From: Chthoniobacterales bacterium
Lineage (GTDB): Bacteria > Verrucomicrobiota > Verrucomicrobiia > Chthoniobacterales > DASVRZ01
Length of the DNA stretch: 64,000 bases
Assembly (NCBI GenBank): GCA_039930045.1
Contig: JBDSQB010000002.1
Coordinates: forward strand, 262,286 to 326,285
Direction of reading: 5' to 3'
Part shown: piece by piece, positions 36,811 to 46,020 of the stretch
Layout of the letters: every line of letters starts with the position of its first letter
Position numbering within the stretch: the stretch's first letter is position 1
Notes under the pieces: generated by a model
Seen by the model: only the letters and a program-made list of their open reading frames with translations
Told to the model about the DNA's origin: nothing
The model's database searches: none
Translations under genes and position numbers: made by a program

Positions 36811-37797
36811 TTAAGTCGCCGCCGTCCGGGCAGGGCTGTGAGATTGCGCGGAGCCTACGTTGACGTTGATGAGTCGGTCAATCAAGTCCTCGGGGCGCAC
36901 GACGCCGACGGGACGATTATTTTCGTCGAGGACGGCGGCGAGCGACATGCGGGCGGCGCGGAGCTTGCGAATAATCTGCGTCGCGGGCTCGTCGGCGCGG
37001 ACGTTGATGATCCGGCGCAAATGATGTTGCGCGCTGGTGTGGAGGCGGCCGTCGAGCAGCACCTCGAACGAGCGAACGAGGCCGATGATCTGCCCGTCGG
37101 ACGCGATGACGGGGAAACGGTCCCAGCCCTTTTCCTTGGCGATGGCGAGAAGTTCGGTCACGGGCGTCTCGGGCTTTACCGAGGCGACGCGGTCCATCGG
37201 GATCATGACATCGCGACCACGGACGGCTCGAAAATCGACGACGTTGTGGATCATTGCGCGCTCGGCAGGATCCAGCGAACCGCTCTTTTCCACTTCGCTG
37301 GTGAGGTCTTTCAACTCGTCGCGGGCGATGAATAGATCGCGCGGGTCTTCGTTTCGAAAAAAGAGTTTTCCCACCCAAGTGAGCAGCCAGATGACTGGCG
37401 AAAGCAGCCAGTAAACCGCGCGGATAATTTCCGAAAGCGGCGCGAGCAGACGATACGGAAACCGGCGAAAGAGCGACTTCGGCAGCATTTCCAAGAGCAC
37501 GACGAAGACCGGGATGGCGATGAGAAACGCGACGGGATAGCCCCAGTTGCCGATTTTTTGGCGTAGAAGTTGCGTGATGAGGACGAGGGCCCAAATTTTC
37601 AGTAAATTCGTGACGAGCAGGACGGTGATCAGAAGGCGCTGCGGATGGAGCAGCAAGGCCTGGAGCCGAAGCGCGCCGGGGGCTTTTTTGCGGACGTTGT
37701 GGCTGAGCCGCACGGGGTTGATCGAGAGCAAGCCGGCCTCGACGCCTGCGAAAAGAAACGACACAAGCAGGCAAATGGCGAGCGCGAGCCAGATCAT
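36811..37797 (-). CDS. CNNM/hemolysin-family membrane protein (DUF21 plus CBS pair)
   Basis: N-terminal 4-TM DUF21-like region, then a CBS-pair-like region (RDVMIPMDRV..). No clear CorC_HlyC tail. Confidence 0.8.
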   Translation of the reverse strand: MIWLALAICLLVSFLFAGVEAGLLSINPVRLSHNVRKKAPGALRLQALLLHPQRLLITVLLVTNLLKIWALVLITQLLRQKIGNWGYPVAFLIAIPVFVVLLEMLPKSLFRRFPYRLLAPLSEIIRAVYWLLSPVIWLLTWVGKLFFRNEDPRDLFIARDELKDLTSEVEKSGSLDPAERAMIHNVVDFRAVRGRDVMIPMDRVASVKPETPVTELLAIAKEKGWDRFPVIASDGQIIGLVRSFEVLLDGRLHTSAQHHLRRIINVRADEPATQIIRKLRAARMSLAAVLDENNRPVGVVRPEDLIDRLINVNVGSAQSHSPARTAAT

Positions 37798-39050
37798 GCA
37801 GCCTCCATTTCCATGGAACTCGGCTCAGCGGCCACTTTCTCGATGAAAACTTCCTGCACACGCCGCCGCGTAGCCCGCCGGATGCGCAAGGTGTAGCCCG
37901 GAATCTCCACCAACGAGCCGGGGCGCGGGACGTAGCCCATTTTGTTGAAAATATACCCGCCGATCGTGTCCAGCCCGTCGTGATGGATCTTGGTCTGGAG
38001 TTTTTCGCTGATGTCGTCGAGCCGCGCGTGTCCGCTGACGATCAATTTCCCCTGCCCGGCGTCCTCGATATAAAGATCCGACCCGAGCGGGACGGCGTCG
38101 CTGATGACTTCCTCGACGATGTCGGAGAAGGAAACGACGCCTTCCGTGCCGCCAAATTCATCGACCACGATGGCGATCCGCTGCGGGCGATGCAGGAAGC
38201 TTTGGAGGAGTTCTAGTGCATTCATCGTCTCGGCGACAAACGACGGCGGCACGAGGATTTCCTGATACGGCTGCGTCGGATTCGCCAGAAAAGCCGCCAC
38301 ATCGAGCACGCCCAGAATGTCATCCGGCGTCTCGCCATAGATCGGAACGAGGCGACGGCGTTTCGTTCGCAAAAGCGTGATCGCCTCCTCATTCGTGAGA
38401 TCGTCGGGCATCGTGAAGCTGTCCACGCGGGGCGTCATGCAATCCTTCGCCGTCTTGTCCGCGAGCTTCATAATTTCGGCAATGATCTCGCGCTCATTCG
38501 AGTCGATCACGCCGGTTTCCGCTCCCAGATTCATCAGCGTGGCAAATTCTCCCTCGGACAGCGTGTCGCGGAGTTCCATGGATTTCGGGGTGATCATTTG
38601 TGCGAGATGCTCGGTCGCGTGTTCGAGCACGCCGGTGATTCTGCCCAGCAGCGGCACGGCAAAATCCAGATAGCCGATGGCCAGCGGCGCGAGTCGCAGT
38701 GGATAGGTCAGCGCGAGAAGCTTCGGCAGCAGATCGCAAAAAATCACCACGACTGCGAACAAGCTCAGAGTCGTCAGCCACACCGGCAGCACACTGTGCA
38801 TTCGCTCTGCCAGAAAAAGGCAGAGCAGCACGAGCGGGACATTCACGATCACGTCGGAAAAAAGGATCACCGCCAGCAGCCGGCGCCGGTCCGAGGTTAG
38901 CCGATCGAGCTTTAGCGCGAGGCAGATGTCTTTCTCGCGAAGGCGTTTGATCTTGTGCTCGCGCAGGGAAAAAATCGCCGTTTCCATCCCCGAGAAAAAC
39001 GCCGACGCGCCGACCAGCATCGCGACCACGACGAAGAGCCAGGTCGTCAC
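37794..39050 (-). CDS. Hemolysin-family protein (DUF21, CBS pair, CorC_HlyC)
   Basis: DUF21 TM region, CBS pair (AKDCMTPRVD..), and C-terminal transporter-associated domain (GKLIVSGHARLDDI..GYIFNKMGYVP). 4-nt overlap with the downstream paralogue. Confidence 0.85.
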   Translation of the reverse strand: MTTWLFVVVAMLVGASAFFSGMETAIFSLREHKIKRLREKDICLALKLDRLTSDRRRLLAVILFSDVIVNVPLVLLCLFLAERMHSVLPVWLTTLSLFAVVVIFCDLLPKLLALTYPLRLAPLAIGYLDFAVPLLGRITGVLEHATEHLAQMITPKSMELRDTLSEGEFATLMNLGAETGVIDSNEREIIAEIMKLADKTAKDCMTPRVDSFTMPDDLTNEEAITLLRTKRRRLVPIYGETPDDILGVLDVAAFLANPTQPYQEILVPPSFVAETMNALELLQSFLHRPQRIAIVVDEFGGTEGVVSFSDIVEEVISDAVPLGSDLYIEDAGQGKLIVSGHARLDDISEKLQTKIHHDGLDTIGGYIFNKMGYVPRPGSLVEIPGYTLRIRRATRRRVQEVFIEKVAAEPSSMEMEAA

Positions 39051-39140
39051 GGCTGGGGCTGCGCTCTTCCAGGCATTCGATCTTGTATTCTTTTCGCGGG
39101 CCGCGTTATTGCGTGATTCAATGAGTGCACTGGTTTCCGA

Positions 39141-39608
39141 ATGAAAAAACGTGATCGAATATCCGAGTTTGTAAAGGAATTAGCTGCACCTAGCGAATCA
39201 GGCGATGCCCTGTTCGACCCGCGCTACCTCGGATACTTCACCTGTTTCAACCGCGGTGAATACTATGAAGCCCACGATGTGCTGGAGGATCTCTGGCTGC
39301 AAACGAACGGGGCGGACTACGCTTTTTACAAGGGCCTCATCCAGATTGCGGGCGCATTTGTCCATTTGCGGAAGCAATACGAGCGCCCGCTCCACCATAA
39401 GGATGGAACTCGCATGAGACCGGCAACGCGGCTTTTCGATCTCGGAATGGCCAATATCGGGCCGTTTCAGCCGTTGCATCATCAGCTTGATGTCGCGGCG
39501 CTGATTCGCTTTTGTGCAAAAACTCGCGACCACATTCGCGAATCCGACTTCCAATCCAATCCCTGGAACCCTGGTTTTCTCCCACAACTCCGTCTCGAAC
39601 CCACCTAA
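39141..39608 (+). CDS. DUF309-like protein
   Basis: FNRGEYYEAHDVLEDLW matches the DUF309 core as I remember it. 155 aa. Confidence 0.6.
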   Translation: MKKRDRISEFVKELAAPSESGDALFDPRYLGYFTCFNRGEYYEAHDVLEDLWLQTNGADYAFYKGLIQIAGAFVHLRKQYERPLHHKDGTRMRPATRLFDLGMANIGPFQPLHHQLDVAALIRFCAKTRDHIRESDFQSNPWNPGFLPQLRLEPT

Positions 39609-39689
39609 ATGCGGCATTTCACCGCAAAATCAACGTCGAAGCCGGTTCGCGGCACGCTTCATGCATTTCAAAGTCTAAATTCCAGTCCC

Positions 39690-40343
39690 ATGCTTATGAA
39701 ACGCTCCTTCCTGCCCGCCCTCCTCAGCCTCGCCACGCTCTCCCTCATCGGATGCGCCAACGTCGAAGTCACCAAAACCTACGTCGCCTCCGGCGCGCAT
39801 CACCCCTCCAGCATTTACATCCGGCCCTTTAACGTCGCCGGAGCCACCTTCGTCGGCGACCACGGCCCCCTTGGCGAACGCCCCATCCGCCAGGCCCTCG
39901 CCCCCGCCGAACTCGGCATCGCGCTCAAGGAGCAACTCAGCAAAATCGCCCCCACCATGGTCATTGATAACAACGACATCCCCGAGGAAGGCTGGATCGT
40001 CGATGGCAACATCGATGTCGTCGATGGCGGCAACCAGGCGCTGCGCTTCTTCTTTGGCCGTCTCGGAGCCGGTCGCACCACCGCGATCGTCCATGTCCGC
40101 GTGACTCGCGCCGGTGAAGAAGGCGGCGAAAGCGATGGCAAAGGCGGCGCTCCCGAAGGCGTGCTCTATGCCTTTGACGTGAAATCCAGCAGCAAGGCCG
40201 CCGGCCCCACGGGCTCGGTTTACAACTCCGGCATGGGTTCCTCCGAAATGTTCGACTACCGCAACATCGCCGAGGAAGTGGGCAAGGTCCTCACCCCCGA
40301 TCCCTACAAATACGGCGTCCGTGACGGCGGCGCGGATCGGTAA
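39690..40343 (+). CDS. Hypothetical lipoprotein
   Basis: Signal/lipobox MLMKRSFLPALLSLATLSLIGC. Gly-rich C-terminal half. Followed by a strong terminator. Confidence 0.65.
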   Translation: MLMKRSFLPALLSLATLSLIGCANVEVTKTYVASGAHHPSSIYIRPFNVAGATFVGDHGPLGERPIRQALAPAELGIALKEQLSKIAPTMVIDNNDIPEEGWIVDGNIDVVDGGNQALRFFFGRLGAGRTTAIVHVRVTRAGEEGGESDGKGGAPEGVLYAFDVKSSSKAAGPTGSVYNSGMGSSEMFDYRNIAEEVGKVLTPDPYKYGVRDGGADR

Positions 40344-40365
40344 ACAAAATTTGGTAGTGGTTGGG

Positions 40366-40401
40366 GCCGGGGCATCCATCAGGGGTGCCCCGGCTTTTTT
40401 T
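40366..40401 (+). terminator. Rho-independent terminator
   Basis: 9-bp perfect stem GCCGGGGCA / TGCCCCGGC, 11-nt loop, then seven T residues. Begins 23 nt after the stop at 40343. Confidence 0.75.
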
Positions 40402-40470
40402 CATTTGAGTTAGATTCCATTCAGAAAACTCTTGGAATCTGCCGCTGGATTCGCTATTTCACTCAACTTC

Positions 40471-40902
40471 ATGGACGAATTCATGCGCGCTGCCATCGAT
40501 GATGCGAAAAAAGGTCTCGCCGAGGGCGGCATTCCCATTGGCTCGGCGATTGCCCGCGATGGACAGCTTCTGGCCACGGGCCACAACAAGCGCGTGCAGG
40601 ACGGCGACCCCATTACCCATGCGGAGATCGATTGTCTGCGCAACGCCGGGCGCATCGGCCACTATCGGGGGACGACCTTATATTCCACGCTCATGCCCTG
40701 CTACTTGTGCTCGGGCGCGGTGGTGCAGTTTGGAATCAAGAAGGTCATCGTGGGCGAAAGCCGCACATTTCCCGGTGGGCCGGAGTTTATGCGCGCCCAC
40801 GGCGTGGAGGTGATCGATCTCGACCTGCCGGAATGTTACGAGATGATGGCGAAATTCATCGAAGAAAATCCCTTGCTCTGGAACGAGGATATAGGCAAAT
40901 AG
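40471..40902 (+). CDS. CDA-fold cytosine deaminase (yeast Fcy1-like) / nucleoside deaminase
   Basis: HAEIDCLRNAG and PCYLCSGA zinc motifs. Overall collinearity with yeast Fcy1, including the C-terminal ..LWNEDIGK (compare ..DWFEDIGE). Confidence 0.8.
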   Translation: MDEFMRAAIDDAKKGLAEGGIPIGSAIARDGQLLATGHNKRVQDGDPITHAEIDCLRNAGRIGHYRGTTLYSTLMPCYLCSGAVVQFGIKKVIVGESRTFPGGPEFMRAHGVEVIDLDLPECYEMMAKFIEENPLLWNEDIGK

Positions 40903-40971
40903 TCTCGGCGCATCCGTTCATTTAATTTCTTCGCTCCAGCTCAATCAGTTCATCATCAGTCAGATCCAGTC

Positions 40972-41454
40972 ATGGGAAACAAACTCTACGTCGCCAACCT
41001 CGCGTTTCATCTTACGGAAAACGAGATTCAGGATATTTTTTCACCGTTCGGCACGGTGCAGGAGGTCAAGCTCATCCTCGATAAAATGACGGGCAAATCG
41101 CGCGGTTTCGCCTTTGTCACCATGGCCAGCGACGGCGAGGCGGAACGAGCCACGGCGCAAATGAACGGCCACCGCATCGAAGGCCGCGCGCTCGCCATCA
41201 CGGAGGCGCGTCCGCGCGAAGATCGTCCTCAAGGGCTGGGCAGTGCGCGTCCGCCAGGACACGGCGGTCCCTTTCGTCCGAATGCAGCTCCCGCATCCGG
41301 CAGCAGTGGCTTTGGAGCCAATCGGCCTCCGTTTTCTGGTGGTGGCAGCCGCTCCGCTGGCGGCCGCGATTCCGGTGGCCGGGGTGAGCCGCCTCGTCGC
41401 GAAAAAGAAAAACCGCGCGGACCGCGTCCGATGCGGGATTACGACGAAGATTAA
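40972..41454 (+). CDS. RRM-type RNA-binding protein with Gly/Arg-rich tail
   Basis: RNP2 KLYVANL and RNP1 RGFAFVTM. C-terminal GGGSRSAGGRDSGGRG. Confidence 0.88.
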   Translation: MGNKLYVANLAFHLTENEIQDIFSPFGTVQEVKLILDKMTGKSRGFAFVTMASDGEAERATAQMNGHRIEGRALAITEARPREDRPQGLGSARPPGHGGPFRPNAAPASGSSGFGANRPPFSGGGSRSAGGRDSGGRGEPPRREKEKPRGPRPMRDYDED

Positions 41455-41557
41455 GATCCAACTCCGCTCTGTTTTTCAGAGGGGAATGGAACTCGTCCGC
41501 GCAACTTTCTGCTGCCTGCGCTTGCCAGCTTTTCCCGTCCTGCCCTAGAGTCTCCCC

Positions 41558-43330
41558 GTGAGCAGCTACCAGGTCTTCGCCCGTAAATACCGCCCGAAAA
41601 CGTTCGACGACGTCATCGGCCAGGAGCACATCACGCAGACGCTGAAAAACGCCATCGAGCAAAACCGGCTCGCCCACGCCTACCTCTTCGTCGGCCCGCG
41701 CGGCACGGGCAAAACCTCCACCGCACGCATTCTCGCCATGGCGCTGAATTGCGAGACTGGCCACGGCAAACCGACCACCACACCCTGCGGCGTGTGCGAT
41801 TCCTGTCGAGAAATCGCCCAGGGAAACAGCCTCGACGTTCTGGAATTTGACGCCGCGTCGAACACGCAGGTCGATAAAATCCGCGAGATCATCATCGACA
41901 ACGTGAAGTTTGCCCCGACCAAGGGCACTTACAAACTCTACCTCGTCGATGAGGTGCACATGCTTTCCAATTCGAGTTTCAACGCACTCTTAAAGACGTT
42001 GGAAGAGCCGCCCAGCCACGTGAAATTTCTCTTCGCCACGACGGACCCGCAGAAGGTGCCGGTGACGATTCTCAGCCGCTGCCAGCGATTCGACTTGAAG
42101 CGGATTCCCGACACGCTGATCGCGAACCACCTGCAATACATTGCGGGCGAGGAAAGGATCACGCTCTCCGACGCGGCCTCCGCCGCCATCGCGCGTGGAG
42201 CCGACGGCGGGTTGCGCGACGCCGAGTCGATGCTCGATCAACTCGTGGCCTTTTGCGGCGAGGCCATCGAGGAGGAGGATGTTCTAAAGATCTTCGGCTT
42301 CACCTCGCAGGAAACGATCAACGCCCTCACCGAACACATTCTCCGTATCGAAACGCCGCAGGCCTTATCGCTGGTCCACGCACAGGCCGAGTCGGGCAAG
42401 GACCTCATGAAAGTCCTCACCGACCTGCTCGGTCACCTGCGAAACCTGCTCATTTTCCAAGTCGATCCGAGTTCATTGGACCGGGAAATTTCCAGCGAAC
42501 TTCGATCCGTATTGCAAGAGCAGGCGGGGTTTGTTTCCGGCCCGAAACTGCTCGACCTCATCCAGCAACTTTCCGCCGCCGAAGGTCGCATGAAGTGGGC
42601 TGCGAACAAAAAACTGCAACTCGAGATCGCCCTGATTCGCGCCACGCAGAGCCTGCAAGTGTCCTCGCTCGACGATGTGCTGGCGGCGCTGACTTCGCTG
42701 CGCGACGGCTCGCCCATGGCGACTTCCATTCCTCTCACGCCGCCGCCGCCGCGCGCGTTCACTCCTGCCCCGGCACCCTCTCCAGCGCCCGTCATTTCAC
42801 CGAAACGAGTGGAACCCAAACCGGAGCCGAAGATTGAGCCCAAACCCGAGCCAGTCCCCGCTGCGGCAGCGCCGGTTGAGGCTCCGATGGAAGTCACGCA
42901 GCCGGACGCAGTGGAAGTTTCCAGGACGGAAACGATTGCGGAGTTGTGGCCGAAGATTCTTCGCGAAGTCAGCTCGAAGCGGCGGTTGATTTTGAGTTTT
43001 CTCGAACTCGCCTCACCGGAGCTGGGCGCAGACGACACGCTGAGCCTCGCCTTTCCCACGGACCAGAAATTTGCCGTGGAAAATCTGCAACGTCCGAACA
43101 ATCGCGCCTTTCTTGAGGACCTCGTTACCCATCTCCGCGGCAAAACCACCAGCCTGCAAATCGCCCTGCGCGAGGGCGCAACGGCTCCGACGGTGAGCTA
43201 CGCGATTCCCGAGGAGCCCGTCGTCGATCCGATGGAGGCGTTCAAAAATGATCCGCTGATCAAAAAAGCGCTCGAACTTTTCAAGGCGGAAATTACTTCC
43301 GTCATCCCACCGCAAGTCAACTCCAACTAA
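41558..43330 (+). CDS. dnaX: DNA polymerase III subunit gamma/tau
   Basis: GPRGTGKTS Walker A, zinc module CETGHGKPTTTPCGVCDSC, DEVHMLS, SRCQRF. Pro-rich linker then tau-like C-terminus. GTG start. Confidence 0.92.
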   Translation: MSSYQVFARKYRPKTFDDVIGQEHITQTLKNAIEQNRLAHAYLFVGPRGTGKTSTARILAMALNCETGHGKPTTTPCGVCDSCREIAQGNSLDVLEFDAASNTQVDKIREIIIDNVKFAPTKGTYKLYLVDEVHMLSNSSFNALLKTLEEPPSHVKFLFATTDPQKVPVTILSRCQRFDLKRIPDTLIANHLQYIAGEERITLSDAASAAIARGADGGLRDAESMLDQLVAFCGEAIEEEDVLKIFGFTSQETINALTEHILRIETPQALSLVHAQAESGKDLMKVLTDLLGHLRNLLIFQVDPSSLDREISSELRSVLQEQAGFVSGPKLLDLIQQLSAAEGRMKWAANKKLQLEIALIRATQSLQVSSLDDVLAALTSLRDGSPMATSIPLTPPPPRAFTPAPAPSPAPVISPKRVEPKPEPKIEPKPEPVPAAAAPVEAPMEVTQPDAVEVSRTETIAELWPKILREVSSKRRLILSFLELASPELGADDTLSLAFPTDQKFAVENLQRPNNRAFLEDLVTHLRGKTTSLQIALREGATAPTVSYAIPEEPVVDPMEAFKNDPLIKKALELFKAEITSVIPPQVNSN

Positions 43331-43339
43331 CCAATCCCT

Positions 43340-43654
43340 ATGAATATCCAGAAAATGATGAAGCAAGCGCAGAAGATGCAGGAAGAGCTCGCGCGCACTC
43401 AGGAAGAACTCGCCCAACGCACCGTCGAAGCCAGCGTCGGCAGTGGCAAAGTCACGGTCGTGGCCACCGGCGGCGGCGACATTATTTCACTGAAGATCGC
43501 CAAGGAAATCGTTGATCCCGAGGATGTGGAATTTCTCGAGGACCTCATCCTCAGCGGCATCCAGCAAGCCATCGAAAAAGGGCGTGCGATGCAGCAGGCC
43601 GAGATGGGCAAAGTCACCGGCGGCATGGGTTTGCCACCCGGGCTGGGGTTTTAA
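43340..43654 (+). CDS. ybaB: YbaB/EbfC nucleoid-associated protein
   Basis: 104 aa, MMKQAQKMQEEL N-terminus. Conserved position immediately after dnaX. Confidence 0.9.
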   Translation: MNIQKMMKQAQKMQEELARTQEELAQRTVEASVGSGKVTVVATGGGDIISLKIAKEIVDPEDVEFLEDLILSGIQQAIEKGRAMQQAEMGKVTGGMGLPPGLGF

Positions 43655-43655
43655 G

Positions 43656-45155
43656 CTAACCAGCGTTTGCGCCGGTGCGAATGTTCGCGGCGGCGCGCTG
43701 GGCGCGGAACCATTCGCTGAAGCTCATCGCGCGGCGGCTGGAGAAATATTGGTCGAGCATGCTTTCGCGCTCGGTTTTCCATTTTTCCTCGTCGAGCGGT
43801 TCCATTTTTTCGAGGTAGGCGATCGCGCCGCCGTCCATTGTGGGTATGAGGTCGCTGACGGCACCCTCGCCTAGGGTGGCGGCTCGCATTTGAATCATGC
43901 GGTCGGCGTTGAACTCGCGGTTTTGCTGGAGTTCGGCGGGTGAAAAGGCGGGGACAGATTCGACTTCAAGTCCACTCGCGGCGGCGGCTTGGGCGAAGGT
44001 CTGGCCCGATTTCAATGCGACTCGAATGGCTTTTTGGAGTTCGGCGGCCTTCTGAGTCATGGCGGCGGCGACGCGTTCCTCCCGGATCGTACTGGTGATT
44101 TTGGCGGTGGCCTCCTCCAAGGTTTGCGGGACGGCGGGTTCGATTTTGGCGAGATGGAAAATGTAGAAACCGTCCTCGGTCTGGAGCACGTCGCTGTCGG
44201 GCGTGTCGGTGGTCAGCGAGAAAATCGTGGGCGCGACCTGGGTCACACTGGCGATTTCAGGCGGCGGCGTTGAGGCGGGAAAAGTGGCGGTTTCCTTCAC
44301 CGGCGCGTTGAGTTCCTTGGCGATGGCGTCGAAGTTCGCACCCGCCTTGAGGAGGCGCTGGGAGAAGGCGTCGGCCTGGTTCGAGATCGGCTGGAGGGCG
44401 GAGACGCGGTCCTTGCCTTTGAGTTTTTTGTCGGCGTCGGAAAGCTGGAAAACGACGTATTTCACGGCGCGTTTTTCGTCGGTCTGGAAGCTGGCTTTGT
44501 TTTTCTCGTAGTAGTCTTTGATTTCGGCCGGCGTGACGGTGACGGCGGATTCAAACGTCTCGCGCTTGAGTTTGGCGACCTGGAGGTGGCGCTTGCGAAA
44601 GGCGTTGCCGTAGGCGTCGCGGACTTCGCTTTCAGACGTGACGGTGGCGGAGCCGACGATTTCGCGGAGTTTGGCGAGGCGCAGTTCATCGCGGATCAGG
44701 TCGTTGAGCTGCTCCTCGCTGAAGCCGCGCGGGGTGAGGGCGTTGGCGACGAAGCCCTGATATTTCTCAAAGTCGAATTGGCCGTTGGTCTGAAACGGTG
44801 GGAGTTGCTGGATTTTTTGCGCCACGGCCTCGGTGGTCGGCTCGACCTGCAAAACCTCGGCTTTTTTCCGCAGGACGAGTGTGCTCCAGACGTAATCCTC
44901 GGCCTGGTCGCGGCTGCCGCCGGTGACGAGCACCTGGAGCAAATCGTACAAGCCGAGGCCGCGGGCGATCTCGAATTGTTTCTCGGAACGGGCAAACTCA
45001 CTGCCGCTGACGGTTCTGCCGTAGATGCTGCCCATCGCGCTGCGGCCCAGCTTGTCGAGGTCAGTTTTGTTATAGAGAAAAACGAAGGCGACGATGACAA
45101 TGACGGAAATAAGGATCATCAGCCAGCGCTGATTTTTCCGCATGAGGTTGATCAT
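43656..45155 (-). CDS. PpiD/SurA-N-like periplasmic chaperone (peptidyl-prolyl isomerase family)
   Basis: N-terminal membrane anchor (WLMILISVIVIVAFVFL) followed by a long SurA_N-like helical region. I could not clearly see a parvulin core. Confidence 0.65.
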   Translation of the reverse strand: MINLMRKNQRWLMILISVIVIVAFVFLYNKTDLDKLGRSAMGSIYGRTVSGSEFARSEKQFEIARGLGLYDLLQVLVTGGSRDQAEDYVWSTLVLRKKAEVLQVEPTTEAVAQKIQQLPPFQTNGQFDFEKYQGFVANALTPRGFSEEQLNDLIRDELRLAKLREIVGSATVTSESEVRDAYGNAFRKRHLQVAKLKRETFESAVTVTPAEIKDYYEKNKASFQTDEKRAVKYVVFQLSDADKKLKGKDRVSALQPISNQADAFSQRLLKAGANFDAIAKELNAPVKETATFPASTPPPEIASVTQVAPTIFSLTTDTPDSDVLQTEDGFYIFHLAKIEPAVPQTLEEATAKITSTIREERVAAAMTQKAAELQKAIRVALKSGQTFAQAAAASGLEVESVPAFSPAELQQNREFNADRMIQMRAATLGEGAVSDLIPTMDGGAIAYLEKMEPLDEEKWKTERESMLDQYFSSRRAMSFSEWFRAQRAAANIRTGANAG

Positions 45156-45214
45156 AAAAGGATTGGGAATTGGGGATTGATTTTGGGGACTTCGCTTCCT
45201 AGATTGGGCGAACG

Positions 45215-45982
45215 ATGAGACTTAGTCGCCTGTTTCCCTCCCAGCAACATCTTTTTGCCGCCGTATTGACCGTGAGTCTGCTCACCTTCGGAACGACGGT
45301 TCGCGCGGAAGATTCCATCAAGGCCAGCAACGGCATTGTGCGCACCGGCCAGATCACGGGCGTCCGCAATGGCAGCGCGATGATCAAATCCGGTCCTGCG
45401 GAAATCGGAATCCCGCTCTCGCAGGTGACCGCCGTCACGATGGCGCAGCCGACGGCGGTGGATCGCGGGTTGAATCTCCAGGAAGCTGGCAAACCGGCGG
45501 ATGCGCTGGCCGTTTTGAAACCGGTCGTGGACCAATTTGGCGGACTTCCATTGGACTGGGCGCAAAGGGCCACCGCTTCGATCGGCGATCTTTATCTTTC
45601 CCTCGACAAGACGGCCGAGGCTTCCGCCGCCTACGCGAAATTCAAGCAACTCTACCCCGGTGTCGGACTTTCCCTGCAAGCCGATGTCGGCATGGCGCGC
45701 GTGGCTGCGGCCAACAATAAATTCGATGATGCCAAGACGGCCCTGACTCCGATCATCGCCAATGCGCTAACCAAACCAGATCTCACCAAGGCTGAGTCCG
45801 CCGCCTTTGGCCAGGCTTATTTCACCCTCGGAAACATCGCTGAAAAAGAGAATAAACCCGCCGAGGCTCTCGAAGATTACCTCCGCACCGTCACCATCTT
45901 TTACGCCGATCGCGCCACCACGGCCCGTGCGCAGGAACGGGCCGATGCGTTGCGTAAAAACGGCGGCATTGCAGTCCCCTAA
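45215..45982 (+). CDS. Secreted TPR-like protein
   Basis: Signal peptide (LFAAVLTVSLLTFGTTVRA). Ala-rich helical repeats. Directly upstream of exbB. Confidence 0.6.
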   Translation: MRLSRLFPSQQHLFAAVLTVSLLTFGTTVRAEDSIKASNGIVRTGQITGVRNGSAMIKSGPAEIGIPLSQVTAVTMAQPTAVDRGLNLQEAGKPADALAVLKPVVDQFGGLPLDWAQRATASIGDLYLSLDKTAEASAAYAKFKQLYPGVGLSLQADVGMARVAAANNKFDDAKTALTPIIANALTKPDLTKAESAAFGQAYFTLGNIAEKENKPAEALEDYLRTVTIFYADRATTARAQERADALRKNGGIAVP

Positions 45983-46020
45983 ACTCCAGCGTATAAATCC
46001 GACTCCTCACATCTAGCTTC

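Noticed and set aside
41455-41557. Expected a 4.5S/SRP RNA (ffs) upstream of dnaX, as in many bacteria
   Set aside because: Neither strand of the 103-nt gap shows the conserved domain IV features (a GGAA tetraloop closed by a GC-rich helix, or the AGCAGC/GGAAGCAG symmetric-loop motif). Only a weak CTCTG-TTTTT-CAGAG hairpin is present.
43255-43268. ATC-AAA-AAA-GCG run in dnaX as a frameshift site
   Set aside because: It lies only about 22 codons from the natural stop. A shift there could not generate a gamma-like truncated product.
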